This document shows, piece after piece, positions 1 through 10,009 of a stretch of 64,000 nt of DNA. A program made the position numbers and the translations under genes. The notes under the pieces are model-generated. The model searched no databases. It saw nothing but the letters and a program-made list of their open reading frames with translations, and was not told the origin of the DNA. Source of the DNA: Blastocatellia bacterium (lineage in GTDB: Bacteria > Acidobacteriota > Blastocatellia > UBA7656); assembly GCA_035275065.1 (NCBI GenBank), contig DATENM010000129.1, positions 13,409 to 77,408 of the forward strand. Reading direction: 5' to 3'. Numbering within the stretch: the stretch's first letter is position 1; the number at the start of each line of letters is the position of its first letter.

Positions 1-3000
1 GTCTCGTCGGTATCGAGCAGCAGGACCTGTTCTTCCCTGCGCTTGCCTTGCTGTGCGGGCCGGCCCGCATCACAGGCCAGGTGAGTGGGCGTGGTGAAGC
101 CTTTCAGCTCCTCTTTCCAGAATGACTGTGCGGGCTGGTGGTCTTGCCGCTTCAACCATGCGACATAATCTCTGTAGGGCCGCGCGCGCCGCGGTTGCGG
201 CTCTCGTTGCAGGGCTTCGCCGTCATAGCAGGCGAATACTTCCTTGATAATCAGCTCGCGGCACCAGGCGTCGTAGAGCAAGTGATGACTGCTCCAGACG
301 AAGAAGTAACTGTCTTCGCCCGTGCGTAGCAGGGCCAGGCGCAACAGCGGCGCGCGGGAAAGATCGAATCCCGCTTCGGCGTCGCTTACGAGGAACTGCC
401 GCAGACGCGCGCACTGCTCGTCGGGGCAAAGGGGCCGCCAATCCTCTTCATGCCAGGGGACCTCGACTTTTTCGTGGACAAGCTGCAAAGGCTCTTGTAG
501 CCCTTTCCACAAGAAGGAGGTCCGCAAGGCCGAATGCCGACCGACGACGGTCTGCCATGCGCGCCTGAAGGCTTGCGGGTCCAGCCGCCCGCCAATGCGA
601 CAGCTCGTTTGCACGAAGTAGAGGGCCGGGCCGGGCGCGTAGAGCGAATGAAACAACACGCCCTGTTGCATGGGCGAGAGCGTGTACAGGTCCTCAACCG
701 ATGCCCTGCGACCGAGCGCTCGGTCGAGCGTCTCCTGATCGAGGTTGGCGAGCGGGAAATCCGACGGCGTATAGCCGCCGACGCCCGGTGATTGGCAGTG
801 AACGATGAGGGCGCGCAAGCAAGCGGCAAACAAGTCAGCCAGATTCGCTACCGTCTGGCGGCGGTGAATGTTCTCGCTATACGTCCAGTCGATGCGCAGT
901 CGCCCATTGACGATCAACCCATTGAGGTCGAGCAGATGGCCGCGTGGATTATCGCCGTCCTGCACGGGGCCGGGGTTTTCTTGTGCCGGCGCAAACGGCG
1001 AAGCCTCCGAGAAGAGCTGGTCGAACTGCCCCAGGTAGTTGAAGCTGATCTGCGGGCGCGGCAGCTCGTCGAGTCGCCGCAGGCTGTCCGGGTCGCCGCT
1101 CAGGTAACGCAAAGCGCCGTAGGCGAAGCCGCGTCGCGGGAGCGCACGGAGCTGTTCTTTGATCTCCTTCAACACGTCGCCCACATGCCGCTTTCGCAAT
1201 TGCAGGCGGACGGGAAAGATCGTCGTAAACCATCCGACCGTGCGCGACAGGTCAATGTCTTCGGCCAGCGCCTCGCGTCCATGCCCTTCGAGATCGATCA
1301 GCACGTCGTCCTGACCGGTCCACAGGGTGCAAGCGTGGGCCAGGGCGCTCAAGAGCGCGTCATTGATCTGCGTATGGTAAGCCGCAGGCACGTCTCTGAG
1401 CAGCGCGCGGGTTTCTTCGGCGCTCAGCCAGACCGACACGGTGCGCGCCGAAGCCACCGTGTTGCAGCCCGCCGGCTCATCGACCGGCAGCGCACTCGCG
1501 GCGCCCTCCCACGGGGCGGCGAGCCAGTACTGCGCTTCCTGTTTGAGCGCCTCCGTCTGAGCGTAGGATTGCAGCCGCTGCGCCCACTGGCGGAAAGAGG
1601 TCGTTCGGGGCGGCAACTGCACGGTCCCGCCCCGCGCCAGTTGCTCGTAAGCGCTCTGCAAGTCTTCGAGCAGGATTCGCCAGGAAACGCCATCGATGAC
1701 CAGGTGGTGAATAATGATTAAGACCCGGTCAGCCTGCTGCTGGCCGAATTGAAAGAGCGCCACGCGCAGCAGCGGCCCGTCGGATATGTTAAGGCTGCGT
1801 TGCAGGTCGGCGGCAACGCTCTCCAGCGCCGCCAGTTGCTGCGCCTCCGGCACGCCCGATAAATCGACCCGCTGAACCGCCGCGCGGTCGCCGGCTGGCG
1901 AGCTGAACTGTCGCCAGTGCGTGCCCTGCCGGCGGAAGCGAAATCGCAGCGCGTCATGGTGCTGCAAGAGGTGGCCCACGGCTTCTTCCAACAGCTCCGC
2001 CTTCAGGGCCGCCCTCGCGGTCAGCAGAACGGCCTGGTTCCAGTGGTGCGGATTGGCGTAGCCCTGGTCAAAGAAGCGCCGCTGGATGGGCGTCAGTTCG
2101 ACATCGCCCTCTGCCGCTTCGGGCTCCGCCACATTCGCCGGCGCTGTATGGACGGACGCGGCCAGCGCGGCGACCGTCTGGTGCTCGAAGAGGTCCACGG
2201 GGGCCAGGTTATAGCCGGCCTGTCTGGCCCTGGAGACAATCTGTATGCAGAGGATGGAGTCGCCGCCCAGCTCGAAGAAGTTGTCCTCAATGCCGACTCG
2301 CTCGACCCCCAAGACCTGCGCCCAGATGCCGCACAGCGTTTCTTCGACGGTGTTGGTCGGCGCGTCATAGCCCCGCCGCCTGGGCTGTATCTCCGGCCTG
2401 GGCAGCGCGCGCCTGTCAATCTTGCCATTAGGGGTCAGCGGCATGGCCTCTAACACCACACAGGCGGCAGGGTACATATACTCTGGAAGCCGCCCCCGCA
2501 AATAATCCATCAACTCGGCGGCGGGCGGCGCTTGTCCTGTACCCACGACATAGGCCACCAGCCGCTGCACGCCGGGATCATCTTCGCGCACCAGCGCCAC
2601 GGCCTGCCCGACTGCCGGATGCTGCGCCAGCACCTCTTCGATTTCGCCGAGCTCGATACGGAAGCCACGGATTTTCAACTGGTAGTCCGTGCGTCCAATG
2701 TAGTTTACGTTCCCATCATCTAGATGCCGGGCCAGGTCGCCCGTGCGGTACATACGGGTTCCGGAGCCGGTAAAGGGGTCGGGGATGAACCGCTCGGCGG
2801 TCAAATCCGGCCTTCCCCAGTAGCCGCGCCCGAGGGCGGGGCCGCCGATGTAGAGGTGTGCGGCTGCCCCTGGGGCAGCCGGAGCGAGCTCGTCATCGAG
2901 GAGATAGGCCCGCGTGTTCGCTATCGGACGACCGATAGGGGCGCTCGGCCCCTCAAAGGGCTCGCAATGCCAGAAGAGCGTCTGGATAGTGGCTTCCGTC

Positions 3001-5285
3001 GGGCCGTACAGGTTGCACAACCCGCATGCCAGTTGCCGTAAGGCTTTCTCCTGCAACTCGCTGCTCAACGCTTCGCCGCCGCAGAAGGCTTGCCTGAGGC
3101 TAGTGCAGGTGTCGAGGCCGCCGGCCTCAAGCATCAGCCGCAGTTGTGCAGGGACCAGTTGCAGAACGGTCACCTGGTTTTCCCTCACGGCCTGCACCAT
3201 GTATTCGCCGTCGGCATGTCCTGAGGGGCGAGCCATAACCAGCTCGGCGCCGCTCAACAACGGGGCCCAAAATTCCCACACCGAGGCGTCGAAGCTGAAG
3301 GGCGTCTTCTGTAGCACGCGGTCCGTTTCGCGCACCGAAAACTCCCGGTCGAACCACGCCATGTGGTGCGCCAGCGAGCCGTTGCTTATGGCGACGCCTT
3401 TGGGCTTGCCCGTCGAGCCGGAGGTATAAAGGACGTATGCAAGTTGTTCGGGAAAGACTCGCGGCTGCGGGGCGAGGCCGCTTTCCTGCGCGATGATCTC
3501 CCAATCGGCGTCTACACAGACCTCGATGGCGAAGCCCTGCGGCAGCCGCGCCCGCAGCCGCGCTTGCGTCAGCACGATTGCCGCCCCGGAATCTTCCATC
3601 ATGTAGGCCAGGCGCTCAGCCGGGTAGCCGGGGTCAAGGGGCACGTAAGCGCCGCCGGCTTTCAGGATGGCCAGTAGCCCGAGCACCAGGTCAATCGACC
3701 GCTCCATGCAGATGGCGACTCGCACGTCCGGCCCGACGCCAAGCTGTCGCAGGTAATGGGCTAGCTGGTTGGCCCGCAGGTTCAACTCGCGGTAGCTCAC
3801 CTGTGCGTCTTCATGGCGCACGGCCACGGCGTCGGGCCGCCGTGCCCCCTGCGCCGAAACTTGCTCGGCGATGCTGCCCTCACCTGGAAGCGGCGACCGC
3901 GTATCGTTCCATTCAACCAACACCTGATGCGTTTCGGCCTCGCTCAGAAAGGCGATTTCGCAGATGCGCTTGTCGGCCCCGCAAGCGATCTCGTCCAGCA
4001 TGCGTTGCAAGTGTCTGAGGATGCGCGCAGCGGTTGCCTCATCAAAGCGGCGGCTGTTGTAGAGCAAGCGCAGTTGCAACTGCCGGCCAGGAATGGCGAC
4101 GACCAGCAGCGGATAATTAGGCTGCTCGTTGATCTGCACCTCGCCGATTTCGATGGCGCCGCTGTCACCGGCAGGGCTGCTCGACGTGCCGCGTGTCGGG
4201 TAGTTCTCGAATACCAGGTAGGTGCTGAACAGCGGCACGCCGCGCGGCACGTCGCTCCAACCCTGTACGTCGACCAGCGGGCTGTATTCGTACTGGCGCG
4301 CTTCGGCCTGCTGCGATTGCAGGGCTTGCAGCCACGACAGCAAAGGCGTCTGCGGCGACACCTGCACGCGCACGGGCAGCGTGTTGATGAACAACCCCAC
4401 CATAGATGCGACGCCGGGCAGGTCTGCCGGGCGTCCGGAAAGGGTCGCCCCGACGACCACGTCTGGATCACCGCTATAACGGCTCAGCAGGAGTGTCCAC
4501 GCGCCGAGGATGAGCGTATTCAAGGTGACGCCATGGCGGCGGGCCAGCGCCTGCAAGGCTTCCGTCATGGCCGCCGGTAAATCGGCGCGCACCTCGCGGT
4601 CGCTCGCCTCCTGTGTCGATGCCGCCGCGCTAGAGGCTTGCATCGGCAGCGGCGTTGGGGAGCGAAAGCCGCCCAGGAGCCGCCGCCAGAACCGCTCAGC
4701 GCCCGCCATGTCCTGTTGCTTCAGCCAGGCGATGTAATCTCTGTATGGGCGAGGGCGGTCCAACGCCAGGTCACGCCCCCGCCTGAAGGCTTCGTAGTAA
4801 GCCAGGGTCTCTTCCATGACGATCATAGAAGACCACCCGTCGAGCAAGAGGTGATGCTTGGTCCAGACGAACTGGTGCGCGTTCGAGCTCAGGCGGATCA
4901 ACGCCATCCGCATCAACGGCGGCACGCTCAGGTCAAAGCTACGCTCCCGGTCAATCCGCAAATACTCTTCCAACCGCTCCTGATGTCGGTCTTCGGGCAG
5001 GTGCCGCCAGTCGGCAGTTTCCCAAGGCAACTCGACCTGCGAGCGGACAATTTGCAGTGGCTCGTCGCGCTCCTGCCAGGTGAAGAGGGTGCGCAGGATG
5101 GGGTGTCTATCAACGACCCTCTGCCAGGCCCTTTTAAACGCCACGACGTCGAGATTGCCGTAGAGAGGGCAGCTTAACTGCACCACGTAGGCGGCTCGCG
5201 AGTCGGGGGCATAGATGCTGTGAAACAGTATGCCCCGCTGCAATGGCGACAGGGGATAGATCGCTTCGATGTTCCGCTTAGTCAT
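1..5285 (-). CDS. NRPS, 3'-truncated by window edge; domains C-A-T-E-C(partial)
   Basis: Absent from the ORF track because the minus-strand frame beginning ATG 5285 (MTKRNIEAIYPLSPLQRGILFHS...) has no stop down to position 1. None of the listed minus ORFs in 1-5285 share this frame. In-frame motifs I read: HHLLLDGWS (C3, ~4850), YRTGDLARHLDDGNV (A8, ~2700), LTPNGKIDRRALP (A10, ~2410), FFELGGDSI (T domain of the type that precedes E, ~2280), IIIHHLVIDGVSW (E domain, ~1715), SSHHLLYDAW (next C domain, ~280). The start codon is 23 nt downstream of the upstream NRPS stop. Confidence 0.8.
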   Translation of the reverse strand, partial: MTKRNIEAIYPLSPLQRGILFHSIYAPDSRAAYVVQLSCPLYGNLDVVAFKRAWQRVVDRHPILRTLFTWQERDEPLQIVRSQVELPWETADWRHLPEDRHQERLEEYLRIDRERSFDLSVPPLMRMALIRLSSNAHQFVWTKHHLLLDGWSSMIVMEETLAYYEAFRRGRDLALDRPRPYRDYIAWLKQQDMAGAERFWRRLLGGFRSPTPLPMQASSAAASTQEASDREVRADLPAAMTEALQALARRHGVTLNTLILGAWTLLLSRYSGDPDVVVGATLSGRPADLPGVASMVGLFINTLPVRVQVSPQTPLLSWLQALQSQQAEARQYEYSPLVDVQGWSDVPRGVPLFSTYLVFENYPTRGTSSSPAGDSGAIEIGEVQINEQPNYPLLVVAIPGRQLQLRLLYNSRRFDEATAARILRHLQRMLDEIACGADKRICEIAFLSEAETHQVLVEWNDTRSPLPGEGSIAEQVSAQGARRPDAVAVRHEDAQVSYRELNLRANQLAHYLRQLGVGPDVRVAICMERSIDLVLGLLAILKAGGAYVPLDPGYPAERLAYMMEDSGAAIVLTQARLRARLPQGFAIEVCVDADWEIIAQESGLAPQPRVFPEQLAYVLYTSGSTGKPKGVAISNGSLAHHMAWFDREFSVRETDRVLQKTPFSFDASVWEFWAPLLSGAELVMARPSGHADGEYMVQAVRENQVTVLQLVPAQLRLMLEAGGLDTCTSLRQAFCGGEALSSELQEKALRQLACGLCNLYGPTEATIQTLFWHCEPFEGPSAPIGRPIANTRAYLLDDELAPAAPGAAAHLYIGGPALGRGYWGRPDLTAERFIPDPFTGSGTRMYRTGDLARHLDDGNVNYIGRTDYQLKIRGFRIELGEIEEVLAQHPAVGQAVALVREDDPGVQRLVAYVVGTGQAPPAAELMDYLRGRLPEYMYPAACVVLEAMPLTPNGKIDRRALPRPEIQPRRRGYDAPTNTVEETLCGIWAQVLGVERVGIEDNFFELGGDSILCIQIVSRARQAGYNLAPVDLFEHQTVAALAASVHTAPANVAEPEAAEGDVELTPIQRRFFDQGYANPHHWNQAVLLTARAALKAELLEEAVGHLLQHHDALRFRFRRQGTHWRQFSSPAGDRAAVQRVDLSGVPEAQQLAALESVAADLQRSLNISDGPLLRVALFQFGQQQADRVLIIIHHLVIDGVSWRILLEDLQSAYEQLARGGTVQLPPRTTSFRQWAQRLQSYAQTEALKQEAQYWLAAPWEGAASALPVDEPAGCNTVASARTVSVWLSAEETRALLRDVPAAYHTQINDALLSALAHACTLWTGQDDVLIDLEGHGREALAEDIDLSRTVGWFTTIFPVRLQLRKRHVGDVLKEIKEQLRALPRRGFAYGALRYLSGDPDSLRRLDELPRPQISFNYLGQFDQLFSEASPFAPAQENPGPVQDGDNPRGHLLDLNGLIVNGRLRIDWTYSENIHRRQTVANLADLFAACLRALIVHCQSPGVGGYTPSDFPLANLDQETLDRALGRRASVEDLYTLSPMQQGVLFHSLYAPGPALYFVQTSCRIGGRLDPQAFRRAWQTVVGRHSALRTSFLWKGLQEPLQLVHEKVEVPWHEEDWRPLCPDEQCARLRQFLVSDAEAGFDLSRAPLLRLALLRTGEDSYFFVWSSHHLLYDAWCRELIIKEVFACYDGEALQREPQPRRARPYRDYVAWLKRQDHQPAQSFWKEELKGFTTPTHLACDAGRPAQQGKRREEQVLLLDTDE

Positions 5286-5308
5286 AAGCTGTCCGGTCAG
5301 GCAGTGGG

Positions 5309-8300
5309 TTAGCCGAATTTCGCCATCAGGGAATCTAACTCGTTCTGGCTCAGGGCCACGTCGGGAAAATCCGAAGGGGTCAGGCCGCCGCTCGCGTCGG
5401 TCAGGCAGTGGTTGATGATCGCTCGCAAAGCCGCCAGGAAGTCCTCGCCGAGTCGCTCCATCGTCACGCGCCGGTGGACATTTTGACTATAGCGGAAAGA
5501 GAATTGCAGCCGCCCCTCGGCGACATGCCCGATCACCTCCAGCAGGTGCGGGCGGGCGGCTCGCGGGCTATTGTTGGGAGCGCGCAACTCCCGCATGCCC
5601 GCAAACAGCGGGCTGTTAGAAAAGACCTGGTCGAACTGTCCGACGTAGTTGAAGCTGATCTGGGCTTGCTGGCAGGCTCGCAACCGCGCGGCGACCGCGG
5701 CGTCGCCGCTCAGATAGCGCAGCAGGCCGTACCCTGTTCCGTGCTGCGGCAGCCGCCGCAGTTGTTCCTTGATCGATCTTAGGGCGGCCCCCGGTGCCGG
5801 CGAGTCTCCGGCATCCAACAGCACGGGGAAGCGCGTCGTGAACCAGCCGACCGTGCGCGATATATCGACGCCGGGCAACAGGTCGTGTCGCCCGTGGCTT
5901 TCCAGGTCGACCAGCAGTCTTGAGGAGCCGGTCCAGCAGGCAACCGCCTGTACCAGGGCGGTCAGTAGGATGTCTTCAACTTGGACCCGGTAGACGCCGG
6001 GGACCTCGCGCAGCAGTGCCTCGGTCGCTTGCGCGTCGAGTAACACCGTCACCGCACACGTCGAGCCTTCAGAGTTGACCCCGCCGTTCAGCTCGGCTGG
6101 GAGCATGGCCACAGGTTCGTCGGCGCCACTCAGCCAGTAATCGCCCTGCCGCCGCACCTCAGGCGATTGGGCGTACTCGGTCAATTGCTCCGCCCATTGC
6201 CGGTAAGAGGCCGTCTTGACGGGCAGAGTCACGGGCTGCCCGCCTGCAAGCTGCCCGTAGCCGGTTTGCAGGTCGTCGAGCAGCACATGCCAGGAGACCA
6301 CATCGACGGCCAGGTGGTGAATGATAATCAACAGCCAGTCGGGTCGGCTGCCGCCGCGTTGAAAGTGGAGCACCCGCAGCAGCGGCCCTTCGGCAAGGTT
6401 GAGACTGGCCTGCGCTTCGGCGGCCAGGCGTTCGACGGCCAGCCTTTGGTGCAATTCGGGCAGGGCCGCAATATCGACCTCGGCAAAAGGCAGCCCCGCA
6501 TCGGGTCTTGAATAAACCTGGCGCACCGCCTCGCCGTGGCGAGTGAACCGCAGCCTGAGCGAATCGTGATGCTCTAACAAGCGCCTGAGCGTCTCAGCCA
6601 GCAGGCTCGCGCTCAAGGGCTGCCGCGTTTCGAGCAGTAGAGACTGGTTCCAGTGGTGCGGGTCGGCGAAGTCCTGCTCGAAGAAACGGCGCTGAATCGG
6701 TGTGAGCGAAACCTCGCCGCTTACCGGCCCCTGTTCGGCCACAGGCCGACTGTGCTTACGCACGACCTCGGCCAGTTCGGCAATCGTCTGGCGCTCGAAG
6801 ATGTCCCGTTCCGTCAGTTGATAGCCGGCCTCTCTCGCCCGCGAGACAATCTGAATGCTGAGAATGGAATCTCCCCCGAGCCGGAAGAAATTCGCGCCGG
6901 TGCTGACCCGGTCGAGGCCGAGTACGTCAGCCCAAATTCGTGCCAGGTGCGCTTCAACCTCAGTCTGCGGGGCCGTGAAATCGGCCTCAGAGCCCTGCTC
7001 GCGCGTCTCCGGTGCGGGAAGTGCCCGCCGGTCAACCTTGCCATTGGCGGTCAGCGGCAACGACGGCAGCAGAACATAATCGGAGGGCACCATGTAGTCG
7101 GGCAGCCGGTCCCTGAGATAGCCCCAGATCGCCTCGGGTTCGAGGGCGGTCCCGCCGTTGGTATCGATGTAGGCGACCATCCTCTTGTTTCCGGGGCGGT
7201 CTTCGCGCGCCAGCACAACCGCCGTGCGCACGAGCGGGTGCTCGGCCAGCACGGCTTCTATCTCGCCTAACTCGATGCGGAAGCCGCGAATCTTTACCTG
7301 ATGATCGAGGCGGCCCAGGAAATCGATAGCCCCATCGGCCCGCCGCCGTGCCCTGTCCCCCGTACGGTAGAGTCGCCCCCCGGCCTGCCGCGCGAATGGG
7401 TTTGGCAGAAATCTCGACGCCGTCAGGTCGGGGCGGTTGAGATAGCCGCGGCTCACCCCCGCGCCGCCCAGGTAGATTTCCCCGCTCGCGCCGCCGGGCA
7501 GGGCATTCAAGCCGTCGTCCAGAATGTAAACCAGCGCGTTGGCGAGCGGCGGGCCGAGCGGCAGACTGGCTGACGGCTCGCCGCCGCTCTCGCCGGCCTT
7601 CACCTCGTAGGCCAGAGCGCCCACCGTCGTTTCCGTCGGGCCATAATGATTGATGACTTTGCAGTCCGGCTGCGCCTCTTGCAACTGTCGCACCCATGCG
7701 GCGGACGCGGCCTCGCCTCCGAGTATCAAGGTACGGCGCGGGCGTATACGTTGCCCGCCGCGCGTCGCGTGCAGGGCCGCCAGGTGCGAAGGCGTTATCT
7801 TGAGGTAATCGATGAAATGATTCTCGAAGTAATCGCCGAGCGCCGCCGCATCCTGCATGGCCTCGGCGGAGATGACATGCAGGCAGCCGCCCGTGAGCAG
7901 TGCCGGGAATATGGCCGTGTTTCCGAGGTCGGCAGCGAGCGTTGACAGCGTCGCGTGCCCTTCGCCTTCCCTGATCCTAAGCAGGCCAGCGATGGCGCGG
8001 CTGTAATTGACCAACTGGCGATGTTCAACCGCCACGCCCTTGGGCTTGCCCGTCGAGCCCGACGTGTAGATGACGTAGACGAGATTCTGCGGGCTTACCG
8101 CCGAGGCCGCGACGGCGGCGCTGACCGAGCCGGGCGATTCCCATTCCGCGTCGAGGGCGATCATCTCCACCTTGAGATGAGACATCTCCTTCGCCATCCG
8201 GCGCTGCGTCAGCATGAGAGTCGCCTGACTGTCTTCCAGCATGTAGGCCAACCGGTCCTTCGGGTACGCCGCATCAAGCGGCACGTAAGCACCGCCGGCT

Positions 8301-9931
8301 TTGAGCACGGCCAACAGGCCGACCACCATATCGATGCCGCGCTCCGCGCACAAGGCAACCGGCACGTCCGCCCTTACCCCTCTTCGCCGAAGCTCGTGGG
8401 CCAGGCATTCGGCCCGCCGCCCCAAGGCGGCGTATGTGACTTGTTGGTCCTCGCACACGACCGCTATCGAGTCTGGCGTCCGCTTCGCCTGCTTCTCAAA
8501 CAGCTCGTGAACGACCTCTTCAGCGGCGTCGCCGGCCCCTGTATCATTTAGCTCAACCAACTGGTGCTGCCGCTCTAACTCTCCGAGCAGCGGCAACTCA
8601 CCGACGTGCGCGCTGGGGTTGGCAATGGCCGACTCAAGCAGGACTTTCAGCGCGTCACCTAGCCGCCGCACCCCTTCCACGTCAAAACGTCCGGCGTCAT
8701 AGTGCAACTCCAGGTCCGGCCCTTCTTCTTTTTCGAAGCAGGCCAGCTTCACCTCATAGGGCTCGATACATTCAAAGCGGCCGGCGCTGGAGAAGTCGCC
8801 GTCGCCGCGGTATGAACGGGCGGGCTGAGCGACAAACTCGAAGAGGGCCGAGCAGAATGGTGGCCGCTCCGGCTCAGGCCCCGACGGCGCGAGCCGTTCC
8901 CAGGTGAAACAGTCCTGCCAGGTGTAGCTCTCCTCGACCGACTGGCGGACGCAGCCTAAGACCTCCGCGAAGCGCGAATGACTCTCCATGCCGCACTCGA
9001 CCGGCAGGTATCTCGCAAACAGCCCGAGTGCCTTGTCCAGTTCGGCATATTTACGCCCATCAGAGCGAACGCCTACATTGAAAGCGCGCCCGCCGGTCAG
9101 GCGAAATAGCAGAGCCATCCAGGCGCTCAACAGAAAGACGGACGGCGGCACATCAAGCCCGCGGCTGACGCCGGCGAGCTGCGCCGCCCTCGCCGCGTCG
9201 AGCGGGCAAGCGATCATGGCCGGCGTAAAGGTGGTCACGCGGCGGCTCGCCAGGAAAGGCAGATCGAGCGCGAGATCAGACGAAAGGACTTTCCGACGCC
9301 AGTACCGTCTGCCCGCCTCTGCTTCCTCCGAGTCAATCGCTTCGCGCTGCCACTGGGCGAAGTCCGCATACTGCAAAGGGTCGAGGCGGTCGCCGTCATA
9401 CGCGGAACCCTCAAGGCCAACGCCGGCAAGCTCGGTGAGCAATTGAGCCAGCGTCGCCGAGTCGCCGCAAAGCGCCGCGATGGACGCCAGCAGGACGTGC
9501 TTGTCGTCCGACAGCTCGATGGCCTGCACCCGCCAGAGCGGGCCATTCTCAAAATCGAAAGGCTTGCGCTTCATCTCGTCGAACCGCCGTCCGACTTCAT
9601 CCTGTTGATCCCGCAGAGTGCGCCCGATCAGCGAAACCCGCTCAAAGGCCGGCCAGAGTTCCGGCCTGACGACCTGTGCCAGCCTGGACTCCGACGGCAG
9701 GTAGTCGAATGTCGTGCGCAGGATTTCATGGCGATTCATGGCGGTGACCATTGCGCGTTGCAACCTCTCCGCGTCAAGGCGCTGCCGGATCAGTATGGCC
9801 TGCTGTGAGCGGTAGGCCAGCCCTCCGCCGTCCCGCAACAAGGACCACAAACGCTCCTGTTGGGGCGAGGCGTAGTAGCGGTGCGCTTCTTCACTCTGCC
9901 CGCCATTTTTGAGCGCCGCTTGACCTTCCAT
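5309..9931 (-). CDS. NRPS module C0-A-T-E (inactive-looking C domain, adenylation, thiolation, epimerization)
   Basis: 1540 aa. The N-terminal C-domain fold carries C1/C2/C4 motifs (QQERLWSL, NRHEILRTTF, LQYADFAQW), but the HHxxxDG position reads AALCGDS (aa 152-158). A domain: YTSGSTGKPKGV, YRTGDRARRRADGAIDFLGRLDHQVKIRGFRIELGEIE, LPDYMVPSDYVLLPSLPLTANGKVDR. T domain FFRLGGDSILS (GGDSI type). E domain IIHHLAVDVVSW. RBS AGGAGA 5 nt upstream of ATG. Confidence 0.9.
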   Translation of the reverse strand: MEGQAALKNGGQSEEAHRYYASPQQERLWSLLRDGGGLAYRSQQAILIRQRLDAERLQRAMVTAMNRHEILRTTFDYLPSESRLAQVVRPELWPAFERVSLIGRTLRDQQDEVGRRFDEMKRKPFDFENGPLWRVQAIELSDDKHVLLASIAALCGDSATLAQLLTELAGVGLEGSAYDGDRLDPLQYADFAQWQREAIDSEEAEAGRRYWRRKVLSSDLALDLPFLASRRVTTFTPAMIACPLDAARAAQLAGVSRGLDVPPSVFLLSAWMALLFRLTGGRAFNVGVRSDGRKYAELDKALGLFARYLPVECGMESHSRFAEVLGCVRQSVEESYTWQDCFTWERLAPSGPEPERPPFCSALFEFVAQPARSYRGDGDFSSAGRFECIEPYEVKLACFEKEEGPDLELHYDAGRFDVEGVRRLGDALKVLLESAIANPSAHVGELPLLGELERQHQLVELNDTGAGDAAEEVVHELFEKQAKRTPDSIAVVCEDQQVTYAALGRRAECLAHELRRRGVRADVPVALCAERGIDMVVGLLAVLKAGGAYVPLDAAYPKDRLAYMLEDSQATLMLTQRRMAKEMSHLKVEMIALDAEWESPGSVSAAVAASAVSPQNLVYVIYTSGSTGKPKGVAVEHRQLVNYSRAIAGLLRIREGEGHATLSTLAADLGNTAIFPALLTGGCLHVISAEAMQDAAALGDYFENHFIDYLKITPSHLAALHATRGGQRIRPRRTLILGGEAASAAWVRQLQEAQPDCKVINHYGPTETTVGALAYEVKAGESGGEPSASLPLGPPLANALVYILDDGLNALPGGASGEIYLGGAGVSRGYLNRPDLTASRFLPNPFARQAGGRLYRTGDRARRRADGAIDFLGRLDHQVKIRGFRIELGEIEAVLAEHPLVRTAVVLAREDRPGNKRMVAYIDTNGGTALEPEAIWGYLRDRLPDYMVPSDYVLLPSLPLTANGKVDRRALPAPETREQGSEADFTAPQTEVEAHLARIWADVLGLDRVSTGANFFRLGGDSILSIQIVSRAREAGYQLTERDIFERQTIAELAEVVRKHSRPVAEQGPVSGEVSLTPIQRRFFEQDFADPHHWNQSLLLETRQPLSASLLAETLRRLLEHHDSLRLRFTRHGEAVRQVYSRPDAGLPFAEVDIAALPELHQRLAVERLAAEAQASLNLAEGPLLRVLHFQRGGSRPDWLLIIIHHLAVDVVSWHVLLDDLQTGYGQLAGGQPVTLPVKTASYRQWAEQLTEYAQSPEVRRQGDYWLSGADEPVAMLPAELNGGVNSEGSTCAVTVLLDAQATEALLREVPGVYRVQVEDILLTALVQAVACWTGSSRLLVDLESHGRHDLLPGVDISRTVGWFTTRFPVLLDAGDSPAPGAALRSIKEQLRRLPQHGTGYGLLRYLSGDAAVAARLRACQQAQISFNYVGQFDQVFSNSPLFAGMRELRAPNNSPRAARPHLLEVIGHVAEGRLQFSFRYSQNVHRRVTMERLGEDFLAALRAIINHCLTDASGGLTPSDFPDVALSQNELDSLMAKFG

Positions 9932-10009
9932 GAAATCTCCTGTCGATGAGTTAGGGCTCTTGACCCGACTGCCCGCCGGTGGGGCGGCAGGGGTCTGTGG
10001 CCTCGCCCA

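Noticed and set aside
792-4580. Plus-strand ORFs 792-1721 (309 aa), 1917-2453, 3813-4580 (255 aa) and 4638-5177 inside the 1-5285 region.
   Set aside because: They lie antisense to a continuous NRPS reading frame with verified C, A, T and E motifs. Their translations are Arg/Ala/Gly-rich low-complexity strings typical of spurious ORFs in high-GC DNA.
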